A model generated the notes under the pieces. It did no database searches and had not been told where the DNA came from. It saw nothing but the letters and a program-made list of their open reading frames with translations. Below are positions 19,202 through 30,713 of a stretch of DNA of 64,000 nt, piece by piece. The stretch is from Candidatus Bathyarchaeota archaeon (GTDB taxonomy: Archaea > Thermoproteota > Bathyarchaeia > Bathyarchaeales > Bathycorpusculaceae). Position 1 is the stretch's first letter. Each line of letters begins with the position of its first letter. Location: assembly GCA_963770935.1 (NCBI GenBank), contig CAVYRJ010000009.1, positions 128,001-192,000 on the forward strand, given 5' to 3'. The translations under genes were made by a program, and so were the position numbers.

Positions 19202-22200
19202 TCACAATTTAATCAATTTTTTTAAGGCTTCTACTTCATAAGCTGCTCTAATTTTGAAAATTTTGCCTCCACGACCTCTCTCACCAGTGAATGCTCTTAC
19301 TTCAACAATGCCACAGCGTTCCAGTTCGGATATTACTTGTCCCCGATGACCTGAAAAACCGTAAACGCTGTGTTTCGAAACTTTTCCGTGGTTCACGATT
19401 TGGTTTAAGGTTCTCCACCCTGACCTCTCAGGTGGCAACCTCAGTAGCCTGTAATCTTCAATAAAAGAGTTTATTAGAAAATCGAAGACTTTCTGAGCGG
19501 CTTCAGACTTAAATTCAAATTTGGATTATACCAGTCTCAGCTTCATTTTCCATGTTCGTTGGCAACGCTGATTTAACGGTGATTGTCACTGGATTAATTT
19601 CGAACGTTTTAGTCTGACTTAGCTCATCTATGTATTCAACTCGTAGACAAAGATTGAAAATCCCAGATTTGGCAGCTTTCAAACTTAGCTTAATTGGTTC
19701 AACACTAAAGGCATCAAGATTTTTTTTCATTGTAATGAAACCGTTGTTGGGGCAACTGTAATCGGAGGTAACATTGATTACTTTGAACTCTGAAGGAACC
19801 CCTTCGAATCCAACTATTTGAGCAAGTTTCTTGGATACGTTGACGACATCGAGCCGCATGTCGAATTCTTTTCGCAAGCTCAACTTCTCTTGGAGTCAAT
19901 AATGTAGCATTTATAGTAGTGTGATCAAAACATTTTTCGAGATGATTAAATATTTTTTGGGTTACTTTAAGCTGTGCTTTTGCTTCTTGTGCCCGGCTTT
20001 GTTTTTCGAGAACCCAAGCATAATTTATTCTTATCAAAACTTCTTCCGCTGGGTTAATGCCTTTCTTGAGCCATCTGAGGCATGCTTCAAAATAATGATT
20101 CGCCTCCTCACAACGGTTCGTAGCTGCAAAGTAGACCGCCTTAGACAAACCATATCTCACGAATCCGGTTGAATTCAGAACCTCTTGTGGCAGTTGGGTA
20201 AGTTTCTCAAAATATTCTTCTGCATGCTTCAGATCTCCAATTTTACTATATAGCCTTACTATATTCGCATAGGTCATGCCTTGTATCCATTTTGAATCTG
20301 TCTGCTTAGAATATTCTAGAGCTTTCAGGCTTAGTGATAACGCCTCCAATATCTCGCCTGTTCTTTCAAGAACCCATGATGAAGAAACATTTGCCTCTGC
20401 CACCCTGTTAAAATCACCTATCTTTTCGCCGATTCTAATGGCTTCTCTGTGCATATTCAACGCCTCTATTTTGAGGAGACGATAGCCGAAGCTTTGTCCA
20501 GCTCGGTTACAAGCGTCCATCAACCCTCGAACATCTCCAAGGTCGCTGTATAAGGTAACTGCACGAAGGACTCTAGCCAATCCTTTATCAAATTTGGTTT
20601 TTGCCTTGAAACCGCCTAATCCCAACAAAGTTCGGGCAACATCCGGAAAAGAGCATGTTTCCTCAAAAACCTGTAATGCTGCTTCGAAATCTTCTTTTCC
20701 AGCCTTTTGGTTTCCTAGAAATAAAGCAGCCCTTGCCTTATTCATTAGAATACGCGCGTTTTCCAAACGGTCAATGGACGAAAGCGACTCAGCATTCTTT
20801 GTTAGTTCCAACAAATGGACAAATTCGCCTTGGAAAAAAGCCGCGTCCATAGCCCGCCTTAAAGCACGCAGTTTCATAATTCCTGTTTCAATGCTGCTGA
20901 GTTGCTCAAATGTTCTTGTTGCTTCTTTAAACATACTATTTGCAAAAAAGGCTTCACCTAGACCCTCAAGCGCCGTTGCTGTTTCGGATGCATTCTGAGA
21001 GAATTCAGAAATTATTTGCATCGCAAAAGTGAAGTGTTTGAGGGCTTCTTTATTGCTGAACTTTGCCAAGGCATCCTTGCCCGCGGCCAAAGCATACTTT
21101 ACTGATTTGTTTTTGTCTCCTGCTTGAGCAAAATGATATGCAAGGTCGCTTACTGGAAGTTCCTTGCCAATCTGGTTGTAGCTCTCAATTTTGTTGCCAA
21201 TCCTGAGATGATACTCCTTTTTCATAAGCGACGGAATTTTATCATAAAGCATTTCGCGAGACTTTGCATGATCAAACCTGTAATAATCGCCTTCGCAACT
21301 TACCAAGAGCGTTGAGTGGGCTATCGAATCTAACGATTCCAGAACATCCAAGCTGTCCTGAGAAACCACTTCAGCCACAAGTTTTGGATCAAATTTTTCA
21401 CCTATTACAGAAGCAGTTTCTAGAATTCTTCTTTGGATAGACTTTAACGATTCAAGTCTTCTCTCGATAACATCCTTAACTTTCGCAGGAATGCCCAATT
21501 TTTCAACTTTGAGCCTCCACTCACCTTTCTCTAGATCCAAGCTTCCTTGTTCATAGAGCATCCTTACTGATTCAACAACGAAAAGGGGGTTACCTCTGCT
21601 TTCGTTTGCTAGCTGCTCAACAAGGGTCAGACTAGCGTTTCCTCCAACCATGCTCTCGACTATTTGACCAACATCGGATTGACTAAGGTTAGAAAGTTTA
21701 ATCTCTTCGTAGAGACCCTCGCGACCCATTAATCGTACAGTTTCCAGAAGGGAACGAGGCTGCCCCTCAGAGTTCATAGTCAATTCTTCACTTCTGAAAG
21801 TTGCCACAATTAAGATTCTTTCAGAGTTGATGGCACGCGCAATGTAGTGAAGTAACGAAAGCGAAGCTGAATCTGCCCAGTGTATGTCATCTATGAAAAG
21901 AACTGTCGGCTTTATCGTAGAAATCATCAATAACTCTTTAGTTATAGCCGCAAATGTCTGGTCCTTCCAAATTTGAGGACTTGGACTACCCTGTTTCTCT
22001 AGAGTTCCAGTCCAACATGTTTCTGTAAGCCAACTCTTCATTCTCAACAGTTGAGAGCCAAATGCTTGTGCTTCATTGTCTGATGAGAAGGATTCGAAAG
22101 CTTCCACAAACGGAAAGTAAGGAACAGCAGCGTTACTGAGACACCATCCAGTCAACACAGTTACTTCTTTTTTTCTTGCAATATTCAGGAACTCACTAGT

Positions 22201-22347
22201 GAGTCTTGTTTTTCCGCTGCCTGCTTCACCTGAGATAAATAGTGTTGTCCCAGTGCCGTTTACAGCTGAGTCTAAACTTGACAATAGCTCCTCGAGTTCG
22301 CGTTGCCTGCCAACCATTTTTGGTTCAGCCAGTAAACCCAATTTCAA
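19202..22347 (-). CDS. STAND/AAA_16 ATPase - TPR - Ig-like - C-terminal putative wHTH protein (~1045 aa); two +1 frameshifts (~19873, ~19521)
   Basis: MVGRQREL, GEAGSGKT, LFIDDIHWAD, GNPLFVVE, TPR-like helices. Rejoined reading: ...EVELAKEFDMRLDVVN...GIIQFEFKSEAAQKVFDFL...SGWRTLNQIV...ELERCGIVEVRAFTGERGRGG. Confidence 0.82.
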
Positions 22348-22506
22348 TGTACCCCATCTATCCTTCTACAACGAATTTCTATCCATTATAATTAGAGATC
22401 AGTATTTTAGATTTGGCAAATAAGATTCTTAACTTTTAAACAAGCTTCTATCGTCTTAACACGTTTTTTCGCAAACCATAAATGTAGAACACTCCTATTC
22501 AAAAAC

Positions 22507-23742
22507 ATGAATGATACAATGACTGATTCTGAAAAGGGCTTTAAAAAGAGACTATTTCTTCCCGTATTGGCTCTTGCCGTTTTTTCCACAGTTGTAATAG
22601 ATATTGTGTTGCCCCTACTACTAACTGATATAGCCAAATCGTTCCAAGTAACTGTTGGAACTGCAAGCACAATTGCGTCATTTTCATCAATTATCGGCGT
22701 AATTATTGGATTATTTATGGCGCTCTTAAGCGTTCGATTCAAGCACAAATATTTGTTGCTTATAGGTGTTTTATGCATTTGTATATCTGCTTTAGGAAGC
22801 TTTTTGGCGCCATCCCTTTTTGCCATGCAGATCTTTAATTCTCTAAATGCGGTAGGCTCAGTAATGGTTGCTGCATTAGCTTACTCGATATTAGGAGATT
22901 TTTATCCGATCGAAAAAAAAGGGAAAGCTATAGGCTGGATGGTAGCAGCTGGGTTCTTAGGATTCATAGTGGGAGCCCCCATGGCAGGTATAATTGCACC
23001 CATTGGTGGCTGGCGTTCAGTCATGCTTTGGTTCATTCTACCCGTTTCACTTGTGTGTCTGTTTTTAGCACTTCTTGTTCTTCCATCAAAGCCAATTGAA
23101 AACCGACACGTCGTAAGAACACCTATCTTTGCAGGCTACAGACAAGCATTATCAAACAAATCTGCCGCTGCGTGCCTTGTAGGAGTCATGTTCATTGCCG
23201 GTACAGCAACAATAACTTTCTTTGTAATCTCTTTTTGGAAAACTCAATTTGCTATGGACACGAGCACAGGAGCCGTTTTGACTATGATTAACGCTTCATC
23301 TGCGGCTCTTGGGGGCATATTTGCTGGTCGAATAGTAAATAGAACGGGGCCAAAAACTCTGGGAGTAACAACTGGCTTAGTGACTAGTACGCTTGTGGTG
23401 CTAACTGTTCTTATGCCCACCCTTTTGTCATCTTGGGTTGTGAGCGTTGTTCGGGTCTGGTTCTATGGCATGTTGGTAGCCTCGTTAGCTACCCTAACTC
23501 TTGAACAGATTCCAAAATTTCGTGGTACTATGATGTCGCTAAGAGCCGCTTTTGGCGGCGCAGGAAGCTTTCTGGGAGTCACATTGGGGGGAATATCACT
23601 GAACATGTACAACTATCAAATACTGGGAATAGTTCTAGGAGTTTTGGGTATGGCCTCGATCACAGTTATTCTCCTCTTCGCAAAAGACCCATACAAAAAT
23701 CCACCTCCACAATCTGAGTTAAAGCAACCGCAAAACTTCTGA
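22507..23742 (+). CDS. MFS transporter
   Basis: About 12 hydrophobic segments; GRIVNRTGPK motif-A-like loop, GWRSV and RGTMMS. Confidence 0.9.
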   Translation: MNDTMTDSEKGFKKRLFLPVLALAVFSTVVIDIVLPLLLTDIAKSFQVTVGTASTIASFSSIIGVIIGLFMALLSVRFKHKYLLLIGVLCICISALGSFLAPSLFAMQIFNSLNAVGSVMVAALAYSILGDFYPIEKKGKAIGWMVAAGFLGFIVGAPMAGIIAPIGGWRSVMLWFILPVSLVCLFLALLVLPSKPIENRHVVRTPIFAGYRQALSNKSAAACLVGVMFIAGTATITFFVISFWKTQFAMDTSTGAVLTMINASSAALGGIFAGRIVNRTGPKTLGVTTGLVTSTLVVLTVLMPTLLSSWVVSVVRVWFYGMLVASLATLTLEQIPKFRGTMMSLRAAFGGAGSFLGVTLGGISLNMYNYQILGIVLGVLGMASITVILLFAKDPYKNPPPQSELKQPQNF

Positions 23743-23760
23743 ATGGATTTATGTCATCCT

Positions 23761-23979
23761 TACGAAAACTTTATTGCGATGGAGCCAGAGAAAGCGAAAA
23801 AGAAGCTGTTAACTCTGCAGGGGATAGATGAGTACTCTAGCTGAATTGGTGATCCCTAAGACGTGTTTTCCGCTTGATGTTTGAAGCGCCAAAATCTTCT
23901 AGTACTATTCAACGGCAAAGTGTCAGAAAACCCAAGAGATGCAATACCTGCCCTTAAAGGGGCTATGGAAAAAAGAGGG
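23761..23979 (+). pseudogene. Remnant of an HhH-GPD DNA glycosylase (AlkA/Ogg-like)
   Basis: AKKKLLTLQGIDEYS/AELVIPKTCFPLDV*SAKIF/VLFNGKVSENPRDAIPALK: HhH plus P-x-D motif, broken by a +1 shift, an in-frame TGA and a -1 shift, with no 5' part. Confidence 0.65.
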
Positions 23980-24033
23980 AGAAAAGAATCTGCGTCCGAC
24001 TTGATCAAAGTTTTTGATGGGGCAAGTTGGTTT

Positions 24034-24783
24034 CTATATTACTTGTCCACCATTTGGGCTGATGACTTGACCTACCATGAAGTTTGCGTCGTCAGAAGCT
24101 AAGTAGGCTACCAAAGAGGCTATCTCTCGTGGCTTGCCTAGCCTGCCGATTGGGATTTGGGTTAGCAGTTGTTTTAAAATTTCATCAGTGATTCCAGCTC
24201 CCGATAACATGGGTGTTTCGATGTATCCCGGAGCTATTGCATTGACGTTTATGCCTTGGGAGATAACTTCTCTTGCCACGGCATGTGTGTACCCCATTAT
24301 TCCGCCTTTTGCAGCTGAATAATGCGCGGCGCCCAAGCAACCGGTTATACCGCAAATCGATGCAATGTTTATGATTTTGCCTGATTTGTTTTTAAGCATT
24401 ATTTTGAGGGCTTCGCGGGTGCAATTCATAGTGCCATATAGATGGACCCCGAGCATCTTATTCCAAACATCATCCTTCATGTCAACCGCCGAGGCGAAGT
24501 TGCCAATTCCAGCGTTGTTTACTAATATGTCTAATGTGGAGAATTCTGTGATGGCTTTTTCAAACATGTTTTTTACAGCCATGCTGCTTGAAACATCACC
24601 GTCTAAAGCTATAGCTCTTCTACCGAGTGCTTGTACCTCTTTCACTACTTCTTGAGCTTCAGCGGGATTTACAACATAGTTTACAACGATATCTGCGCCT
24701 TCTTCGGCTAAATAGAGCGATACTGCTTTGCCTATTCCTGAGTTAGCGCCAGTGACCAAAGCAATTTTTCCTAACAATTTCAT
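24034..24783 (-). CDS. Short-chain dehydrogenase/reductase, FabG-like
   Basis: TGANSGIG, NNAG, YSAAK, PGYIET, GQVISPNGG. Confidence 0.92.
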   Translation of the reverse strand: MKLLGKIALVTGANSGIGKAVSLYLAEEGADIVVNYVVNPAEAQEVVKEVQALGRRAIALDGDVSSSMAVKNMFEKAITEFSTLDILVNNAGIGNFASAVDMKDDVWNKMLGVHLYGTMNCTREALKIMLKNKSGKIINIASICGITGCLGAAHYSAAKGGIMGYTHAVAREVISQGINVNAIAPGYIETPMLSGAGITDEILKQLLTQIPIGRLGKPREIASLVAYLASDDANFMVGQVISPNGGQVI

Positions 24784-25090
24784 CTTCTCAAAACCTAATT
24801 AAATACAAACAAATCGTTATCGATAAACACTTCGGATTCTTAGTTAATTACCAATTTTGCCAATTGTTGTTGTATCAAGCCATCCACATACCCTTAAAGC
24901 AGTAGCTACAATAATTTTATTGATGTTATTAATTGAGTGAGCTGACTGTTGTAATTAGATTGGAGTTCTGGTGTTGACTGCTATGTTATATTCTGAATAT
25001 TTCAGATGGAACTGTTTTTCTGCCATCAAATGCCCTGGATCACTTGCAGAATTATTCGAATTTAAGAAACAATCTATCGGAGGAGCTTAG

Positions 25091-25480
25091 ATGAACGAAG
25101 AAAAAAAACGAATTCTTGTAGTTGATGATGACATTAATATTTTAAGAGTTTTTAAGCGAATTTTAGAAAAAGAAGGCTATATCGTTGAGACAGCTGATAC
25201 GGGTAAGGATGCTCTTGAAAAAATCTTAAACGAAAAGTTCAGCGTATGCTTAATTGACGTAAGGCTCCCTGATATGGACGGAACAGAGCTTCTCTGTAAG
25301 ATGGCAAATGACTCGAAAACCATCAAAATTATTGTCACTGGTTTCTCCACTGAAGAAGTAGGGAAAAAAGCTGCCGATTATGGAGCAGACGACTTTTTGG
25401 TTAAGCCGGTTAAAGCTGAAGAACTCATAGCTACAGTACGAGATAGGTTAGAAACTAAAGAAATAGAAAGTCAAATTTAG
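25091..25480 (+). CDS. Stand-alone response regulator receiver
   Basis: ILVVDDD, LIDVRLPDMDG, VTG, FLVKP. Confidence 0.92.
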   Translation: MNEEKKRILVVDDDINILRVFKRILEKEGYIVETADTGKDALEKILNEKFSVCLIDVRLPDMDGTELLCKMANDSKTIKIIVTGFSTEEVGKKAADYGADDFLVKPVKAEELIATVRDRLETKEIESQI

Positions 25481-25727
25481 TGCAAAGTATTTTTTCTTAA
25501 ACTACAGTTTTTAATTTTCACTTATGGGTCTGCCTAAATATTCTAGCTTATCTCCATTGTGTCTCAACCACTATAAACAGGGTTTTCATAAAGCAACCAA
25601 ATACATATGAAAACACAACCAAACAAGTAGCACCAAGACTGAGGGCTGTTTCCTCACAAAAAGAAAAATGAATATCTATTCATAAATTTTAAAAGCAGAG
25701 ACATCAAATAAACAGTTCATTACAAAT

Positions 25728-26339
25728 ATGGGTGTAACAATGGGTTTTCTCAAAAAATTTACAAAAAAGCTTACTGCCCCTGAGGCATCTGTCCAATTAA
25801 GGTTTGCAAGTTACTCTGTTGCTTTAGGCGAAAACCTTCAAGGTGCACTCAACGTAGCGGCAAAAGAAGACTTTGAAGCCACAGAGGTCCGCTGCGAAAT
25901 TGCCTGTGTCGAACAAGCTAAGGTTATTCGGGAAGTCTATGATGCTGCACTGAAGAGGTCAATTCCCCGAGTTGTTGATGAATCGGTTGTTATTTACTGC
26001 GCAAAGCCGACGTTCTCGGGGCCTTCACACTTTGCAAACGGCGAAAACCGCTCTATCCCAATCACCATAAACATCCCTGCTGGCGCAAGACCAACAACCG
26101 CAGGCGTAGATAGACGAGTTACATGGACAATTAAAGGTGTCGTTGCAGTAGACGGCAGACCCGATAGAACAACAGAAACAAGCGAAATCCAGGTAATAAC
26201 ACCAACTATCCTAGCTCAGGCTACAGTGCAAAAAGAAGTAATCCGCACAGTCGTTATGATTCCATGCAGATACTGCCAAGGACTCATGGATCAGATGCTA
26301 ACAGTCTGCCCCAACTGCGGCGCAAAAAGAACCGTATAA
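25728..26339 (+). CDS. Arrestin-N/Spo0M-like beta-sandwich protein with C-terminal zinc ribbon
   Basis: G-E-x-L-x-G-x-L-x-V start, G-E-x-R-S-I-P-I-x-I-x-I-P..RPT..V-x-W-x-I-K-G-x-V..G-R-P-D; CRYC-x10-CPNC. Confidence 0.6.
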   Translation: MGVTMGFLKKFTKKLTAPEASVQLRFASYSVALGENLQGALNVAAKEDFEATEVRCEIACVEQAKVIREVYDAALKRSIPRVVDESVVIYCAKPTFSGPSHFANGENRSIPITINIPAGARPTTAGVDRRVTWTIKGVVAVDGRPDRTTETSEIQVITPTILAQATVQKEVIRTVVMIPCRYCQGLMDQMLTVCPNCGAKRTV

Positions 26340-26484
26340 GAAGAAAACTACGCCTTTACTTCTTTTTGAAGCACTATTGAAACAGAGTGTTAATTCCCAG
26401 ATTAAAAAGCGTACCGGCAAAAATTATAGAAACGACTGATTAAATTTGAAAACAAAAAAAGGAGAATTGTTGGTTGATGATTTT

Positions 26485-29014
26485 TTATTGTCGCTTCCTA
26501 AGAATAAGCAATCCTAGTATGGCGATAGCTATGATTATAGCTACTCCTGTGCCTAGGATGTACATTTCTGTCGGAGGCAAAGCTACTGTTGGCTGTGCTG
26601 TTGGCGTGGGTGCTGCGTCGTTTACGACGAAGGCTGTTTCTGCGTGTGATGGCCAGTATGATTCTGAGCCTTGGAAGGTGGCGATTACTGTGTATTTGCC
26701 TACTATGTCAGGTATCCAGTTGAAGCTGTAGAAACCGTTTGCATCGCTAGTTGTTTTGCCTATGTTTCTGAAGTTACCGTTTGAGTCCCAAACATCAAGT
26801 GAGACTTCAACGCCAGTGGTGTCTGTAGGTAAAGGCTGCTGCATATACACGTATTCCATCCACTTTGTCATGCTCTCATCGGATACAGCTGGAACACCGT
26901 TGGGGAAACGAGCTGTTTGACGGTAATTTTCTGTACCAGCTGATATGTCAGTTACACTGCCTTCTATCAATACGCCGTCGCCATCGACTGAGACTTTTGG
27001 AGAAGCTGAAACTGTCAGGGCGGTTGGACCTTTACCGAAAGAGTATACTCTGCCGTCGTATGCGTTGTATGATGTGTATTGACCATCTGCAATTGCAAAG
27101 TCTACCCACCAGCCCTGTACAGTCCATACCGCTTTTCCAGTTGTTGCGTTAATTACGTGTAGTCGTTCGCCTCTGTACATTGGATCGTTGGGAGAATGTT
27201 CACCTGTCGCTGCAAATATTTTGCCGTCACCAACGCCCATTCCTTGGTAAATACCGAGGAAGAACGGGTACGAACCGTACGGAGTTACAAGTCCAGAGTC
27301 ACCAGAACGGTACTGCCATAGTAAGTCTCCAGTTGCAAGGTCATATGCCATTATGTATCCGTCGTATGCACCAACGTACAATTTGCCGTATGCGCTATCC
27401 ATGGGCCAGCCGGAAGTGTAAACTCCCCAGTCACTGATGTTGCGTGTTGGAGTGTAGTATTTGACTTGTCCATTGTTGTTTATGTCTAAAGCTAATACCT
27501 GCATTGTTTCTTTCTTGTAGTTGAGATAGACTCCAGCTTCGCTGTCTAAGTGTGTTCCTCCGCCGCCTCGCCATATGCTTGGGTCTTCAATCAACTGGTG
27601 GTTTGTTTGCCACATAACTTTACCGTCACTGCATCTTATGCCTGCAAGGTAAACTGTTGCTGGTGCGGTAGTTGTGTTCACTGACCTGGCAACAATCCAA
27701 TTTCCATCACATTCGCCACCGTTAGTGCCAATATTATAATCAGCTGCCAAGAATTGACCTGCTGTGTTTTGCGGTCTAGGTACCGCTACATTGTAAACCA
27801 TTCCAAGAGTTCCGTTGTAGGGAGTTGTCCTTGAGGGTGACCATGAGGTTTGGGTTCCTGTGGGTTTTACAGTTTCATAGAAGCTCCATTTTGTGAGATT
27901 ACCTGAGGCAAAGGCGTATATGTTGAAGTCGTTAGTTGTGCCCACTGGGTTTACAACTGATATTACGGCACCTCCAGATGGTGCATTGGTGATGTTAAAG
28001 ACGTTTTCTCCATTCCGTAGGATCCCAGAAGCTCATATTAGTGCCGCTGCGTGATACAAGGAAATCGATGGTTCCGTGTGCATTTTCCCAGTTATTTGCG
28101 AAGGAAAAAGCAAAGTTTAGCGTGTAATCACTTCTTCTGAATAGTTCTTTACCAGTGGCTAAGTCATAGCAGACATATCCTAGTGTCGTTTGAGGTCCAA
28201 CTCTTGTGTTGGTATAGAGTTTTCCATTAAGCACTATTGGTTGGAATTTGCTTTGGTAGGATTCTCCTGTGTAGTAGTCACTTTCACCCATTTCGCCTCC
28301 AACTATACCTCCGTTTTCAAACACGTTTGCCCACAGTATGTGAGCAGTGTTTGGAGCCGTTCCGTATGGTTGGAAGTTAGTCCAGTATCTTCCTTGCGAG
28401 CTACTCATTCCCATCCTTAGCCAGTTGCTTGTAAGACCTGCCCAAGCTTGGTTCGAAGGGTCGATAGGGCGAGTCCAATATTCAGCTGGCAGCGGATTTT
28501 CAACCCAAGCTTGTATGGGTTCTTGCTGAACTTCAAAGGTTACAGTTCTACTCTGTGCGGGTTTGAAAGCTACGTTAGATTTGAAAAACTCAACGTTTGC
28601 ATATGACTCACCAGGGTAGTAAGCTGAGATAGTGTAGGTGCCAATTTTAGTTGGTACATAGTTGAAGCTATTTCCGCCTAGAGAGTCAGTTTCGCGGAAC
28701 GTTCTATTCTCAACGATACCATCAGGGTCTATGATAGTAACGACGAAGTTGTGGTAACGCGGGAATCGAAGTATTCCTGCACCTGCACTGAGGTTTTGCG
28801 AGATGAAGTTGGTCGGGAGCATGTTAGACCAGGCGACAATCTGCATTGATTGGCCAACACCAATTTTGCCAGGAGCTGCTGCAATGAATAGCGAAAATTG
28901 CCTTTCAGTTACTTGAGAATTGGCTAGTGGTATGGGAATAATTATCATCGAAGTCATAAGAAGTATTGTCAAAGTAATCCATAGAGTTTTCTTAGATTTA
29001 TTTTCTATATTCAT
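26485..29014 (-). CDS. Secreted, membrane-anchored PQQ-like beta-propeller surface protein, paralog of 4990-7828; +1 frameshift near 28015
   Basis: Signal peptide after MNIENKSKK, PLPAEYWTRPI and APNTAHILW motifs shared with the paralog, YDLATG..W blades, TM helix and LRKRQ. Confidence 0.85.
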
Positions 29015-29299
29015 TTTTTTTCTTTCCTTTTGTTTATTTGACAAGCAATCTTCAGAGAGGTTGCTTGCCAACCAAAAAGAATTGTTTTAAAGCTATATAT
29101 ATGTAGTTAAAGCAATTTTCGCCAAATTATTTTTTTGAGGAAAAATTAATGATTAATATGAGAGCATAAACTCATCGACAACGGAATTTCTGCTAAAACC
29201 ACTAAATACCAAGTTATAGCACAAAATATAGAAAACACTGAGCAGTTAAATTTCGGGTTAGGGTCCTAAAGATTCCACAAAGTTGGCTATTGCTTAACG

Positions 29300-30711
29300 T
29301 TATATTTTGTCAAGATTGAATTCTTCGTGTATCGCCCGGACAACTGCTACTCCGTCTTTTTCTTTGACGACGAATGAGATGTTTAGTTCTGAGCTGCCTT
29401 GTGCAATCATGCGAATGTTTATGCCTTTTTTGGCGACAGTGCTGAATATTCTTGATGCCACACCCAGCGTGCCTTTCATGTTTGCGCCCATAACAGCGAT
29501 TACTGCAACGTCGTCTTCAGCTGAGACTTCGCTGACTATTCCGCCTCGCTCCAGCAAAGCGATTTCTAGGTTGCTAATAGCTCTGCCCAAGAAGACCGCG
29601 TTTGACAATCATTGAGATATTGGCTTCCGAGGCGGCTGTGGATATCATCATAACGTTGATGTTGTTTTTGCCTAAGACGTCGAAGACTTTGGCGTAGCTT
29701 CCTGGTGCCCCAACCATTCCTGCACCGTTAACGTTGAGCATGGCAACATCCTTTATCATGGCAACTGCTTTCACTGCTTCAGTTACTTTTGCGTTGGGTT
29801 CCTTTGTTATAAGTGTACCAAGGTTTTCTGGATGGAATATGCTACGGATTCTAACAGGGATGTTTTCTTTGATGACAGGCTCTAAAGCTCGTGGATGCAT
29901 GGCTTTTGCGCCGAAAATCGCCATTTCAGCCGCTTCTTGATAGCTAAGTTGCGGCAGCATTCGGGCGGACGACCACTATCTTTGGGTCAGTGGTCATTAT
30001 GCCGTCAACGTCTGTCCAAATCCACACTTCGTCAACCTGCAGTGCCACGCCAAGGATGGTAGCAGTATAGTCGGAGCCACCGCGTCCAACAGTAGTAACT
30101 ATGCCATCTTGGTTTGCCGCGATAAATCCAGTTACAACTGGGATAACGCCTCTTTCCAGCAGTGGAGATAGCCTTTCACGGATCAGATGAGTGGTGAAGT
30201 TCATGAGCGGGTCGGCTTCGCCAAAGTTCGAGTCGGTGACTATGCCTGCTTCTTTGCCCGAGAAAAACTGCGTTTCAAATTTAAGGTCTTTTATGGCGCC
30301 CCAAACAATGGGCGCAGATAACCGTTCGCCGAAGGATACAACATAGTCTTTGGATTTAGGTGTGAGTTCGCCAACGTAGCATATGCCTGTTAAGACTTTT
30401 TCGAGCTCAGCTATGGTTTTCTCGATGATTTGGGTGACTTCTTTTTGAATTTGTTTGCTTTTGATGGCTGTTGAAAGGGTTTCGGTGTGTTTCTTTAAAA
30501 GTTCGGCCGTGAAGGTTTGGATTCGTTTTTCATCGCTTTTTTTGGCTTGGCAAGCAACTTCAATGAGACTGTTTGTGACTCCTGCCAATGCTGAAACAAC
30601 AACGGCTACCTTGTTATCTTTCTTGGCATATTTGGTAACTAAATCGGCAACATAGCGTATGTTTTCGCCTGTGCCAACGCTGGTTCCGCCGAACTTCATG
30701 ACGATTTTCAT
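29300..30711 (-). CDS. lysC: Aspartokinase with two ACT domains; two +1 frameshifts (~29972, ~29587)
   Basis: MKFGGTSVG, SFGERLS, GRGGSDYTA, WTDVDGIMTTDP, FGAKAMHP, QGSSELNIS across three consecutive ORFs. Confidence 0.9.
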
Positions 30712-30713
30712 TT

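Noticed and set aside
23880-23885. TGA read as Trp or Sec (alternative genetic code)
   Set aside because: It occurs only in a fragment that also has frameshifts, and TGA is a normal stop for many genes here.
23881-24102. 73-aa ORF as a real gene
   Set aside because: Chimera of the glycosylase remnant and sequence antisense to the SDR 3' end.
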